A stretch of DNA of 64,000 nt from Octopus sinensis. Its lineage: Eukaryota. Location of the stretch: positions 14,942,001 through 15,006,000 of the forward strand of contig NC_043015.1 in assembly GCF_006345805.1 (NCBI RefSeq), in the 5' to 3' direction. This document shows, piece by piece, positions 49,227-62,250 of this stretch. The position numbers and the translations under genes are program-made. The notes beneath the pieces were generated by a model. It was given only the letters and a program-made list of their open reading frames with translations. It was not told where the DNA came from and searched no databases. How positions within the stretch are numbered: the stretch's first letter is position 1; each line of letters starts with the position of its first letter.

Positions 49227-51270
49227 TTATTAGAAAGCCTCACTTTGGATGTAATAAAAATTTAAACACAACCTTTTTTTTATTATTTTGCAATTGGTGT
49301 GCAGAACAAAGAGGGAAGTAGTTTCCTGATGGACTGTTTTTCTGAGAATATGTAGCTGATTTCCTTTTCCAATCAATAGCATAGCTCAGATGTTATGAAG
49401 AGGGATCATATATCAGGCTAGCAAATGAATGAATATCTTATTTTGTGCTTTCCACAGCTCATTCTTATTTGAATAGTATCTATTTCTCTGTGAAGCACAG
49501 AATAAATCAGCATGTATTGCAGCTGACCGTTGCTCCTGAATAGATAAGGAAGCCAGGTACATTTTCTGAGGTGTGGTAAACAAACTGTAAAGTGGTCCAT
49601 CAGGAAATCCTCCCACTTTTTCTGCACATCTGTTCCTTAAAATAGATGTATTTTTATTTTTATTTCACCCACACTGAGGCTTACTAATATTTAAATTCAT
49701 TTTAATTCTTCTGTTTTACTCTATGTTATGCATTAAGTTAGATATAGAATATATATATATATATATATCTTATAATAATTGACAGGAGAGCACAGAACAC
49801 AGTCCTGTATTTCTATATTGCCAAAATTTTCCATCTTAATAATTGCAATTTGAATATTTCTTCATAAAAATTGAATATTTATTGTCCGTTTTGTAGTTTT
49901 TTCAGGAGGCTGTCTTCTTGTTTCAATGAATCGAACGGTGGCATTCACTGCAACATGTACTTCCTGTCTGCTCACTTGAACTTTATATAATGTTGTTTCA
50001 CTTTGTGTTATTGTTTAATATTAGAGTATTGGGATTTTATCAGAGCATTTGTATATTAATGTTGTTTAAAATAGATTTTGCCCCATTTTCTAGCAGATTG
50101 GTCAACAGTATCAAGACTCCAAGTGTGAAAATATATCATGTGAAAAGTATCTATCAAGTATAATCCTTTAGCATTTAAACTGGCTGCATCCAACCCAAAC
50201 ATTTTACCAGTTTTTCATTCAAACTGGCTAGATCTGGCCTCTCACACTTATGCTACACTGTCATTTTAAAAGTAAACAGCTAAGAGCTAATGCATGATAA
50301 ATTCAAAACAATGTGAATAAATAAGCATTACATTTGATAGAGTAATCTGAATACTTAAAGGATTAAAGATATATCAAATAAACATCATGGTTTACTTGAA
50401 ATACTGAAAAGAAATCAAAATACTCTTTACTTCAAGGAAGATAAAATGTACTTCTATTTTAAAAGCAACAAGTAGTTATGAAGAGAGAGAGAAAACCATT
50501 TAAGTTACTTTGTTTTTGTATTTAGTTTGCAAGATTGTTGTGAACTTGTGTTAACACATTTTGGTGTATCTTGGGAGGGTCATTATACCAGTAACTAACA
50601 CGCACTGATTCTATTTCCCTTTATTATTATTATTAGTTGAATTAGTTGACGATTTGATACAGCAAAATTTTAGGTAAATTATAAACATCTAATTTGAGAC
50701 AACATCCAAAAAATCATGTTAATTTTAATATTAATGCTTTAGCATTTAAACCAGTCACACATGGCCCAAATATTTTACCAGTTTCATGTTCAAATCAACC
50801 AGAGCCAGCCTCTCACTCCTACCATACACGTACAAACAACCACATATACATACATATATTTAAAAAAAAATTTTTCATCTAGTTTCAGCTCACAAGCTGT
50901 GGCCATGCTGGGGCACCGCCATATACCAGTATTTTCCTGAAAACATATACCGATGCAACAATATGTAGCATCTATACTTCAGATTAGAATTTTGAGGACA
51001 CCTGTGAAACATATGTTCAAATTTTCCCAAAGCCAAATTTAGGTTTAGGTGTATAATCACTTGTGCTTACGCAGGTACCCTTATACATAATAGTACATGC
51101 CTTTAAAACATAAGCTCACTATCTGCAAAGTACTTAGTCACAGATTATCCAGTCACTCAAATAAAAAAATCTCTTTCAATACTTGTCATTTCAAGCTTTA
51201 TCAAACGGATGCCTGAAAATCCACAGGTGTCCATAGAGTTTTTGCAATTACAAACAAGGAGAATGTAATT

Positions 51271-51314
<44 letters not shown>

Positions 51315-51539
51315 TAATGATCATTGGGCTGCAGCCATGCTGGGGCACTACACTGAATAGTTTTTAGTTTTATTTTTTAAAGTCTGGTACTTATTCTATT
51401 GGTCTCTTTTACTGGAATGTAAACATACCAACACTGATTGTCAAGTGGTGGTGGAGAACAAGCATAGATACGCACACACAGGATGAGCTTCTTTTAGTTT
51501 CTGTCTGCTAGGTGAGCAGGCTACACCTATCATTTTTAT

Positions 51540-51910
51540 CTTTTACTTGTTTCAAGTCATTGGACTGCAGCCATGCTGGGGCACTGCCTCAAAGGGTTTA
51601 GTCAGACAAATCAACCCCAGGACTTATTTTTTTTCTCTTTCTAAGCTTGGTACTTACTCTATTTTGCCAGGACATAAACAAACCAACACTGTTTGTCAAA
51701 TGATGGTGGGAAGACAAACATATATAATAACACTCAGATATACAAACACATATATATGGCAGGCTTCTTTCAGTTTCCATCTACCAGATTCATTCACAAG
51801 CCTTTGGTCAGCCTTGGGCTATAGTAGAAAACACTTGCCCATGGTGCCATGTAGTGGGATTGAGCCTGGAACCATGAAGTTGGGTAGCAAGCTTCTTCAT
51901 ACACAGCTGG
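51540..51910 (-). mobile_element. SINE family A, CpG-depleted copy
   Basis: Family-A blocks; no CpG left. Confidence 0.85.
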
Positions 51911-53393
51911 ACCCATGAAAAATCTGTGGTAAACATAAAAAAATGTAAGCAACTGTAAATAGTGTACTGGTGCCATGAGAAATACTTGCATATTATGACC
52001 ATCTGTCTCTACGTTCTGAGTTCAAATTCTGCCAAGATCAACTTTGCCTTTTGGGGTTGATAAATTAAGCATCAGTTGTGTACTGGGGTCAATCTAATCA
52101 ACTGGCCCCCTCCCCACAAAAAATTCAAGCCTAAAAATGTATATCGTGATAGTTACAGAATATAGAAAGTAATGTAACACCAATGACTATATAATCCAAC
52201 CAAAATATCTCAGTTACACAAACGTAAATGGAAATACTATTTCACCTTAAAATACATCGTACGTATTCAAAGAACCTTAATGTACAAATTGAAATGCAAA
52301 AGAATGAAATAATAAATGGATTTCTGAATGAAAGTTTGGTAATTGCGTTTATTTCCACCACGCGACACTTATTATTACAAACATGTTTTAACTAACACAC
52401 ACATTGCAAACGTTTTAACTATACAAATACATATATATATATGTATGTATCGAGGTGTAGCTGTAGTTCAAAGGAGCCAGCCTTGTCGTATTCTGTGTGA
52501 GGCTGAATCTACCTGAGGACTAAGTTAATGTTATGCATGTTTGTGGAGTACTCAGCCATTTGTGAGTTAATTTTCTCTTCATGTAAAAAGTGAAATTGAC
52601 ATTCAATATTTGCTGTGTGTATGTATCTATGTATGAACTTTACTTTGGATTTATGTATCCACTGTGCCTCTCACTTTCTTTCTCTTTCACTTCCTTTGTG
52701 TCCCTCTTCTCCCACTTTTGATTTAACGACGTGTATATGTATCTATGTATCTACTTCTCTGGCGATGTGATAAACATTTAAAAACACAAAATGAACACCG
52801 TCACCACTCACTGTCTCTTTTTCTCTCTCTCTTACTTCCTCTCTGTCCTCCTTTCTCGCTTTGTCACTTCTTTGAAGTAAGCGTGACGCACACAACAGGT
52901 ACATACAAAAACGAAAAGTTAGGGTATTAATATTATTGATATTTGTATATAATCTCATAAACACTTACGTATCTATCTATCTATATATATATATATATGC
53001 CCATGCCTATCCATGCCTCAAAGAATATGTACACTTGTATACCTAAATACCCGTATACATACGCACTCTTATTAGTTCAAAGAACAAAGTACATTGCACT
53101 GATTCTTTCCCCTCCTGATACTTTAAATTCTGATATACACTTAACAACTGCCGCCTACCACAGTTGCAATCAGCCACAGGTGAAACTTGAGTAGGCTGTC
53201 ATTTGTTGTTATTATAAACATACACACACACATTTGTATGATGGAGAGAAAGATGTGTGTGTGTGTGTGTGTGTGTATGTAAGTATGTATATAGACATGA
53301 AATTGCAAGTAATTTGGGGCTGTATCAACCTATTAATAAATACTTGCGACTCCCACCACATGTGGTGTGCTATTTTCTTTCATTTGTACCTGT

Positions 53394-53431
<38 letters not shown>

Positions 53432-54249
53432 GTTCACACACATACATATGTGCGTGTACATGTACACACACACACACATATATATATGGAAAGGATAAAT
53501 CTAGCATAAACGCAAGATTACCATTTCTTTCTCTAATTATTTTTGTCAACAGGTTCTTTTTTTTTCTTTTCGTAAATCTTTTACTAAATCTTTAATGCTA
53601 TTGTTTTAATATCTATAACTCGAGCAAAGAACAAGAACCATGTCAGGCCTTTTGTTGAATTTGCTCACTTTCTCTATTTACATATTTACATTACATAAGT
53701 GGTAAGCATAGGGTCTGATGATAGACATAACACTCCAGGGAAACGCAAGGTGTTAGTACAAGAAAAGCTTGCATGTGACAAAATAAGATTAACATTTCTT
53801 CCTCTCATTATTATTATTGTTTATTTTCATTGTGCCTTTTTTTTTTGTTTGTTTCAAACTTCGTAATGCTATTATTATTTTACTTGCTGTGATTTGAGCC
53901 TGAGCTGAGATTATGTCACCTTTTTGGTTGGATTCTCTACTCTCCCATTACCACCATCTCCACAGTCAAATCTTAGCTGTCGAGCCCCTTACTACCTTTT
54001 GTCCATAGGACATGGAATCCAGCTGTAAAACCTTTACTAAACAGCCTCTTGGTCTTTAGCAAAGGGTGAGAGCAACCTGTCTAATGATAGTGGAATGAGG
54101 GTTTTGATTTTGTTCTTTTTTGTATAGAAGAATGAATGGTGATAAAGTAAAATGGGGGGGGGGCAGACAAAACTATGATATGTAATCTTTACTGCAATGA
54201 TGAAAGCTGCTTTTTAATTAGTGTAGAGTATTTATCTTTTGCTAAAAGA

Positions 54250-54620
54250 AAGTAGCTGTGTGGTAAGAGGTTTGCCTCCCTACCACATGGTTCTGGGTTC
54301 AGTTCCACTGTGATACTTTGGGCAAGTGTCTTTTACTAAAGCCTTTGACTGACCACAGCCTTGTGAATGGATTTAGGAGACAGGAAACTGAAAGAAACCT
54401 ATTGTGTGTGTGTTTGTCCCTCATCACTATTTGACAGCTGGTGTTGGTGTGTTTACATCCATGTAACTTAACAGTTCAGCAAAAACGATTGATAGAATAA
54501 GTACCAGGCTTTATAAAAAGATAATAAAGTTGTGGGGTTGACTTGCTTGACTAGAATTCATCAAGGTGGTGCCCCAGCATATCCGCCGTCAAATGACTGA
54601 AACAAATAAAAGATACAAGA
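54250..54620 (+). mobile_element. SINE family A
   Basis: Head-to-tail family-A blocks. Confidence 0.85.
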
Positions 54621-54640
54621 TTATGTATTAAAGTCTACAC

Positions 54641-54790
54641 TAGGCATGAACAACTTTTTTTTTAATGAAGCAGACCATATGAGTCACTGGTCATCATCAG
54701 GTGGATCACACTGCTAAAAACATTTACGGTAATTTTTTCATTAGGTGTATCAGTCAGAAAGTCCTGTGGACCACAGCTTGCCCACGATTG
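54641..54790. mobile_element. hAT (Buster/Charlie-like) MITE, 150 bp
   Basis: 8-bp TSD GTCTACAC at 54633-54640 and 54791-54798. Degenerate TIRs TAGGCATGAACAAC / CTTGCCCACGATTG. Confidence 0.75.
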
Positions 54791-55071
54791 GTCTACACTG
54801 TTATAGTTCAGTTGATAACTCAACAAGATGTGGACTTTAAAATAGCAAGTTTATGTCAAAGCACCTGGGGTGGTCTCAGGTGGGTTAGTATCAAAAGGGT
54901 TAAAACATATTTTGTATTGTAGAAATATAAGCTATTGCAGATAAACTTGAGCAACAAGAACTACTGAACTAGACTTGTGATGGTTGTGTCCCAGCAAGAC
55001 TCTTGTCCAATGACTACAACTAATAAAAGATTGAAGAATAAATATTTTTAAAAAATGGATGTAATGCTCTT

Positions 55072-55435
55072 TTACTCTTTTCAGTCAATTGACTGTGGCC
55101 ATGCTGGAGCACCGCTTTTAGTCGAGCAAATCGACCCCAGGACTTATTCTTTGTAAGCCTAGTACTTATTCTATTGGTCTCTTTTGCCGAACCGCTAAGT
55201 TATGGGGACGTAAACACACCAGCGATGTTGTGGGGACAAACACAAACACACAAGCATATATATATATATACGACGGGCTTCTTTCAGTTTCCGTCTACCA
55301 AATCCACTCACAAGGCTTTGGTCGACTCAAGGCTATAGTAGAAGACACTTGCCCAAGGTGCCACGCAGTTGGACTAAACCCAGAACTATGTGGTTGATAA
55401 GCAAGCTACTTACCACACAGCCACTACTATGCCTA
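55072..55435 (-). mobile_element. SINE family A, young near-consensus copy
   Basis: All blocks present, CpGs largely intact. Confidence 0.9.
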
Positions 55436-55539
55436 TAAATATTCATAAATTTTAAAAAAGAAATTCTAATGTCTGTATATAACTAATCTGATGTTTAATA
55501 AGTTAACCCATTAGCATTCAGATTACTCTCTCATGTGTA

Positions 55540-55755
55540 CGAAGGGGTACTGTAAAGTCCAAGCTTTAAGGGTGTTGCAAAATGCCTGGTTGGAGACCCA
55601 ACCTTTCAAGTTCTTTTATAGGGCTCAGAATAACTAAAGGACTGCTGTAATAAGTGTGTGAATTTGAGAAGGGAACATGTTGAATGAAATCATAACTAAC
55701 TGATCCTCCTGTATTTTCTTTATCCCAAAGCTAGGAACCTTTCAGCATCCCCTCA
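55540..55755 (+). mobile_element. Mariner-type MITE inserted in a piggyBac-type MITE
   Basis: TA at 55538-55539 and 55756-55757. The host MITE sequence resumes after it. Confidence 0.85.
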
Positions 55756-58700
55756 TATGCCTTTTTATTCACATGAGTTTGAATTAATTATGTGTTATCT
55801 TGTAACTTTGAGATTTTGATGAAGCAATTGTTTATTTTTAGAATGACATTGCTGGGTAGATGTGAGAGACCAGATCTAGCCAGTTTGAGCATAAAGCAGG
55901 TGGAAAATTTGGGCCAGATATAGTCAGTTTAAATGCTAAAGGGTTAATTGTTTAGCTTACTGCCTTTAATCTTTAGCATTCAGATTTTTCTGCTAAAATG
56001 CTTTTTTATTCACACTGTTTTGAATTTAATCATGCATTATCTCATAGCTTTGAGATTTTGATGAGGTATCTGTTTATTTTTAGAATGACATTGTAGGGTA
56101 GGTGTGAGAAGCTTGATCTGGCTGATTTGAACATAAAACAGGTAGAATATTTAGGTTGGGTATGGCTACTTGAAATAACCAAAGGATTGACCAACACCAG
56201 TTCTTTCATTAATTAATTGCTTTATTCTTTTACTGTTTTCACTTATTTGATTGTGGTCATACTGGAATGTCATCGTCAAGTTTTTTTTAGTTGATTCATT
56301 TGACCTCTTCACCATCTAAGATAGTACTTATTTTATCAGTTTCAAAAGAGGACAAAAAAAAATGTCAACCAGATGTAAGAAGAGGTGCAGGCTTATCACA
56401 GGCTGTTTTTATTGGATGCACCCTTACCACACAAGTGTACCCCCCCTCCTACATGATGTGCTTCTACATAGTCTCTCTCTATTAAATAAATTTAGTCACT
56501 GGGCTTTGTTCAACTTGAGGCTAGGGTAGGAAGCATTTGAATATACACCTGACACAATTAAGCCTTTAATTTATTTTTTATTTTCTATTTTTATGAGATA
56601 GGGCAGATCTTAAAACAATATCCTTTCTGTGCTGCATGAATAAAGTGAGTTGTTGGGGGTAATGTGGTTAATGTTTGGCTTCAGTTGTGGTGTAAATACA
56701 GTTTAGTGGCTTGATAATTAGATTCCAATGCAGGTGTAGTATCTAAGCCATTCAAAGTGTATAGTATCTATCTGTCTATTTGTGTGTGTGTAATCAATTT
56801 AACTAAAAGCTCATTTGCTCTTACAGTGTAATCACTCACAGAGTGGGTGTAAGGTGTCTTTATTATCATTATATATGTTAAGGTGGCAAGCTGGCAAAAT
56901 TGTTGGCATGCTGAGCAAAATGCTTAGTGGCTTTTCATCCATCCTTATATTCTGAGTTCAAATTTCGCCAAGGTCATCTTTGCCATTCATCCTTTTGGGG
57001 TTGATAAAATAAGTAATGAACTTGCCCCCTCCTCCACAAAAAAATTTCAGGCCTTGTGCCTATAGAAGAAAGGATTATCATTATATATGTTGACTTAACA
57101 CATATTCAAAGGGATTTAAAGGCTGTTTTCTTTCTATTTTATTTCTAATATAAGCTATCAGTTTGTTTGCTTTTCGGGGGCAAGAATAAAAGTTGTTTTC
57201 CTCTCCCTTTCCCTGCAGAATACAGGTTGTTAAAAAGGTAATTGATACAGGAATGTTTTCATCAAAATATTTAATTCATTTAATATTTGGTAATAAATGT
57301 AACTTGAAAAGTATAAAATACTAAAAAAATTTTTCATGATACTTCGCTCCAAAACAGTTTTGGTATTAAAACACTTCAGAGATAGCATTGAGATCTAAGA
57401 ACTGAAGAATTGTGATTTTAACCTAAATTCTCTGATCATTCTCTCTGAGACTGTTTATATAACAGTCAGCATCCAGGAAAAAAAAAAGAGAAATCATTGG
57501 GTGATGTAAGCTTGACAGTAGGACACCACAGCGAAGAGATTATAAAATAGAAAGTATTCCACGTCCTGCTCAAAAATATATAAACATTCTGGTAGAATGA
57601 GCATGCCTGGTTCTAACTATACCAAAAATTAAGAACCAGTTAAGTTTAAATCATGTCCTTCCAGTTATAATTCTGTGTAGCCCTCTCTGAGCCATAATCT
57701 AACACTTGTTTAGAGCAAGGTTAGAAATACTTTCTTGTTTACAATTAATTCATTTGTCCTTTAATGTGATGTGAAATATTAGTTTAATAATTCCTATTCG
57801 TGGGAAAACTTTTGTGTATGTAACTTCTAGTTAATTGTGAACACCAGTTTCAGCTTCAGTTTATTGTTATTTTCATAAAAAACACCTTAATACTGAAGAT
57901 TCATTCATACCAACTTCCACCAATATTCTTGCTATATTGCTTAAAAAGGAGGAGATACTAGCTTCAAAATATGTAAGAAACTAATATGGAGAAATAGATA
58001 TATAAAGCTTTTGTCTGTGAGTACTTCAAGCTCAGTGCTTCATATATATTTAGGGAATATTGCAATACTTCATTTTAAACTTTTAGCATTGGCCAAAATA
58101 TTCTACTTGTTTTATGTTCAAAGCAGCCAGATCTAGCTTCTCACACTAACCCTATAATGTCATTCTAAACCTAAGTAGTTACCTCATCAAAATCTCAAAG
58201 CTACAAGATAATGCTTGATAAATTCAAAACTGAATAAAATAAGCATTACTTTTAACAGAATAATGTGAATGCTAAAGGGTTAAAGCAATTGGTACTCGGG
58301 GAAAGCCTCTAACTTAAAAATAATTTGTAGAATCATTTTAGTAAATTTAGTAAAATGCTAGAAATGTTTTCAGCTATAATCAACACATTTCCTTTAGTGT
58401 GTGTGCATGTGAGAGAGAGAGAGAGAGAGAGAGACTGCTGAAGGACCAGAATGAGTGGAAGGTAGAAGAGACAAGAGTATGATGGAAAATGTAGGGATAT
58501 TTAGAGGGTGAAATTGGAAGAGGAATAATTGGCACTAGAAGTTAGAGTGGGTGATAAGATAAAGGCAAGAGTAGGTGTTGTGTGGCAATAGAGGTTGGAG
58601 CAAAGTGAAGTGGATGGTGCAATCAGCACAGGTGATGAGGAGATGAGTGATGCAAAAAAAAAAGGAGACAAGGAGGAGGGGGTGAGCAAAAGGTATATGA

Positions 58701-58791
58701 GAGAGGGAAGGTGAGGATACATGGTGCGAGATCAACAAAGGTAGGCTTGATAGAGTACAAATACATAAATAAGTATACAAGTATATAAATA

Positions 58792-58998
58792 GGAAAGGGT
58801 GCTAAAAAGTTCCTGGCTTTAAGGGTATTGCAATAGGTCTGGTTGGAGGTCCAACCTTCCAACTTCTTTTATAGGGGTTAGAAAATCTGTAGGACCACTG
58901 TAATAAGTGTATGAATCCAAGATATGTTGAATAAAATCATAGTTAACTGATCCGCCTGTATTTTCATTTACCCGAATCCAGGAACTTTTCAGCCCCAC

Positions 58999-59002
<4 letters not shown>
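58792..59002 (+). mobile_element. Mariner-type MITE (same family as 14362 and 55540)
   Basis: TIR GGGTGCTAAAAAGTTCCTGG / CCAGGAACTTTTCAGCCCC, TA flanks. Confidence 0.85.
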
Positions 59003-59033
<31 letters not shown>

Positions 59034-59039
59034 TTTCTA

Positions 59040-59340
59040 GGCTCTATTTTCATATCAGGGTACTTTTTGCTTTGGGTGGATGGGTCTTTTGCAGCACTGC
59101 ACATTACCAATCAGTGCATGTCCCCCATAAAACACATCTTCAAACCAGTGGCCTTCACCACTTTGTCCCACATGTTTTTTGCATGTTCCGCTAGCTTCAG
59201 CACTTCCATATTCAGTATCAAAGGGCATTCCATGCCACACAATACAGCCTTCTCTCTTTTACACAACACCTGATTCTTCTTATACCCAGTTTCTTTCTTA
59301 GCTCATTTGTACTCTGACATTCATGCACACTTACGTTACT
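59040..59340 (-). mobile_element. RTE C-terminal relic
   Basis: Degenerate VKRRLYCVVW...W..VV...W..AVL.KT region resembling the end of the 218-2083 ORF. Confidence 0.55.
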
Positions 59341-60844
59341 CATCTATTGGAACATGTTAGCTTTATTTATTTCTTGTCTTTGCAAGTCTTCTGCATTTAA
59401 TATTATATAATGTGTGTATGTATTATAATACAGTAAATATTCAACAAATCAAATCTTTAAAAAGAACAAATCATTAAATTTAAATGTATTGAAGCTCTTT
59501 GTCAGTTATATTTAAGTTGATTTTATAACATTTGTAACTTAAAATTATAATTAATATTTTATGTTTTATATACTTAATACATTTAGTGTTTTGTTTTTTT
59601 ATCTTTGATTGGGCAATTAGATTTAAAGTTGTTTCTGTTGGTAATAAAAAATATTTGGACTACTTTGCTAGAGCAATTAAGATACTAAAATAAATCTAGT
59701 TAAAGGTCCCCCTTTGTTCTGAAATCTTGTTTCCTTTTAGCATGAAAACTTTCTTGAGTTTCTATGACTAAGTCTTGTATTTTAAGTAGGTTAGTTTGAA
59801 AAGGCTCTTGTATTAAAATCCTTTATCAAATGAGGAAACTGCCACCATTCCTCTCAGTTCTCAAGCTCTCAATTTTGCCAGAATTTCACAAAAACTGTTG
59901 TTGGTTTGTTCTTTTCTCTTATACTTATTCACAGAAAACTTACATTACATAAGAATATGTCTCAACATTTCTTCATGTTTTAGCTATACACTGCCTTCAT
60001 GCTTATTCCTCAAGCCTCTATGCTCTCTTTCTCAATCATCTTTCTTTTTTACCTTCTGAAATTGTCATACAGTTATTTTTTTCTCTTTTCTGAAAAATAG
60101 TAGGATAGATATAGTCAACCAGCATGATAGCCTTCTGTTTTTGTGGCACAGTGGGAATTTATTGAGCAATATGCAAAGTTGCACATGATCAAAGTTGTTC
60201 TTGTTATTTAACTCAGCTCAAGTCTGATTACACAGACCTATGATCAAAGAATTCCAGCTGTGACCATCTTGCTTTCCTTTTTTTCCAGACTACATTTTCC
60301 AGTGACTCCTTTTTTAAAAAATAACTAGGATATTATCTGAGGGAAATTTGCCTGCTATTTCTAGCTAGCATAGCAACTGTTTGCAGGCTCCCTCATTGCT
60401 ACAGTTTTATTTTCTGGTGGAATTTGTGGCTATGAGAAAATAGGTTTCTGCCTGTTACAAGTTTATTGCTCTGATAACTGGAGTTACTGAATCTGTCATT
60501 TGAAATTAAATTTTGACATGATCAAAGCTAAATCTCTTGTTTCTATTTGTTTTTTTTTCTTTAGTTACTCCTGTTTCTTACAACTGTTACTCCCGTTTCT
60601 TCTCACTTGCTACTCCTGTTTTTCTCCACTCTGTGCTTCTCCATGAGACTGTAAAATATGGAACATCCTTTTTCATTACATTCCACCTCTTCAATCTTGA
60701 GCAAATGAAAAAGTCTTTATGTAGTCATTTAAGCTCTTGAAAATAACAACCAAATCTCTCTCAACCACACTCTGTTGTCTTTAAAAAAAATGCACATTGA
60801 ATAATGGATGAAAAAAGGTTATGAGTGAAATGCCTTTTTCCATA

Positions 60845-61262
60845 CAAGGTGTGTTCAAAAAGTGTCTGACTTTATTTTTCCCTCATCAAAATTAACACTG
60901 CATGGGCAAAATCCTTTGGGTGTGATGTAACACCACCCTTCCTGCACATGGTTGAAAATTTTCATGCCAAGAGGCCAGCACATCACCAAAGGCCTACTGA
61001 ATCTTCTGGGTGGTTTGAACATTAGTATCACCAAGCTTTTTGCAAAATTTGATGCAATTTTTCTGCTTGATGTGTTAGGGGGAAACAAAAATCTGATAAG
61101 TGCTTACTACACAGCTGTACTCTAGACATAACAACCAGGAACTGATGCAGCCTACTGGCACAAAAATTTTTACTTATTGCCAGGAGGGTGGTGTCACTTC
61201 CGATGCAAAGGATTTTGCCTATGCAGCAAAAAATAAATTCAGACACTTTTTGAATGAACCTG
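60845..61262. mobile_element. Internally deleted mariner-like element
   Basis: TIRs CAAGGTGTGTTCAAAAAGTGTCTGA vs TCAGACACTTTTTGAATGAACCTG. Confidence 0.75.
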
Positions 61263-61299
61263 TTTGATCAGGGTTGACAGGGAACAAAATAACAAGCTT

Positions 61300-62250
61300 G
61301 AACTATTACTAAACAAGTTATTCTTAATACTAAACTCTTCAGAAACTAACCCTATACAATTACAATACTGCATCATATATGAGTTTTACCACCTGTTCAG
61401 AAGTCAACACCTCTCTCTGATTATCAGTCTAAGAAAGTTCATCCTTGCTCCAACAAGTGTGGCACTTCATGGACCCAGAATAGTTTGTGAATCACTACTG
61501 ATTATCCCTTGTTCACAGTCACAATGTGAAATGATGTATTGCCAGCTGTGTAGTAAGATATACAGATAAACCAAGGTTATACCAACATCTTGTATTGGAC
61601 TACACATCCAAAAGGTATGTTATAGCAGTTGTTAGAAAAGTCTCTTTTCTTCCAAATCATGCTCAAACAGTTTGCTTTCCTGTATAAAGACAAAACAATT
61701 GATTTTTCTCAGATACCTTCCCATGTGAAAATCCCAAACAAGTTTTCAAAATTCCCTAGATTAAAGACTTTTGTTGAAAGCCAAACAAATAATTTGGGTG
61801 TAGTAACAAAAATAACTATTACACAAATAACCGTCAATGTTTTTTATTAGCGAAAATTATTTTTGATTGTCAACAAATAATTTTCACTAATAAAAACATT
61901 CTGTATATGTTTGTCTGGTGAAATGACAGTACAGTAATCCAAAATTGAAGGTGGATGAAGTCTGTATCAAGGTTTGACAATAAGACAAAGTTCTTGGGAC
62001 TAATATTTGACACAAAATTCATCTTCTGTCTATATATTGAAGCTGTCAAATGAAAATGTTTCAAAGTAAGACAGAGAAGTTTTTTAAGCCATATATGCTA
62101 ATATATCCTATATTACTCCCATTTTATTGATTTCTGGCACAGTCATGGCTGTACTATGGTTCATCATAACACCCAAAATTATTAAGATATACTTCATAAT
62201 CAAGGTCATATATAAAAGACCCTGCTAAAGCTGTGATTTGTTTCCAATTG
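61300..62250 (+). mobile_element. Very old I/Nimb-like LINE RT relic
   Basis: KTKFLGLIFDTKF...HI/YI..K.KC motif near 61980-62070. The rest is barely alignable by eye. Confidence 0.45.

Noticed and set aside
49780-50010. Minus-strand ~85-codon frame with a single stop
   Set aside because: No start or splice context; at best very old Penelope-like endonuclease debris.
60560-60630. Three ~22-bp units G(T/C)TACTCC(T/C)GTTT(C/T)T as a CRISPR-like array
   Set aside because: Head-to-tail minisatellite with only 6-7-nt gaps, in a eukaryotic context with no cas genes.
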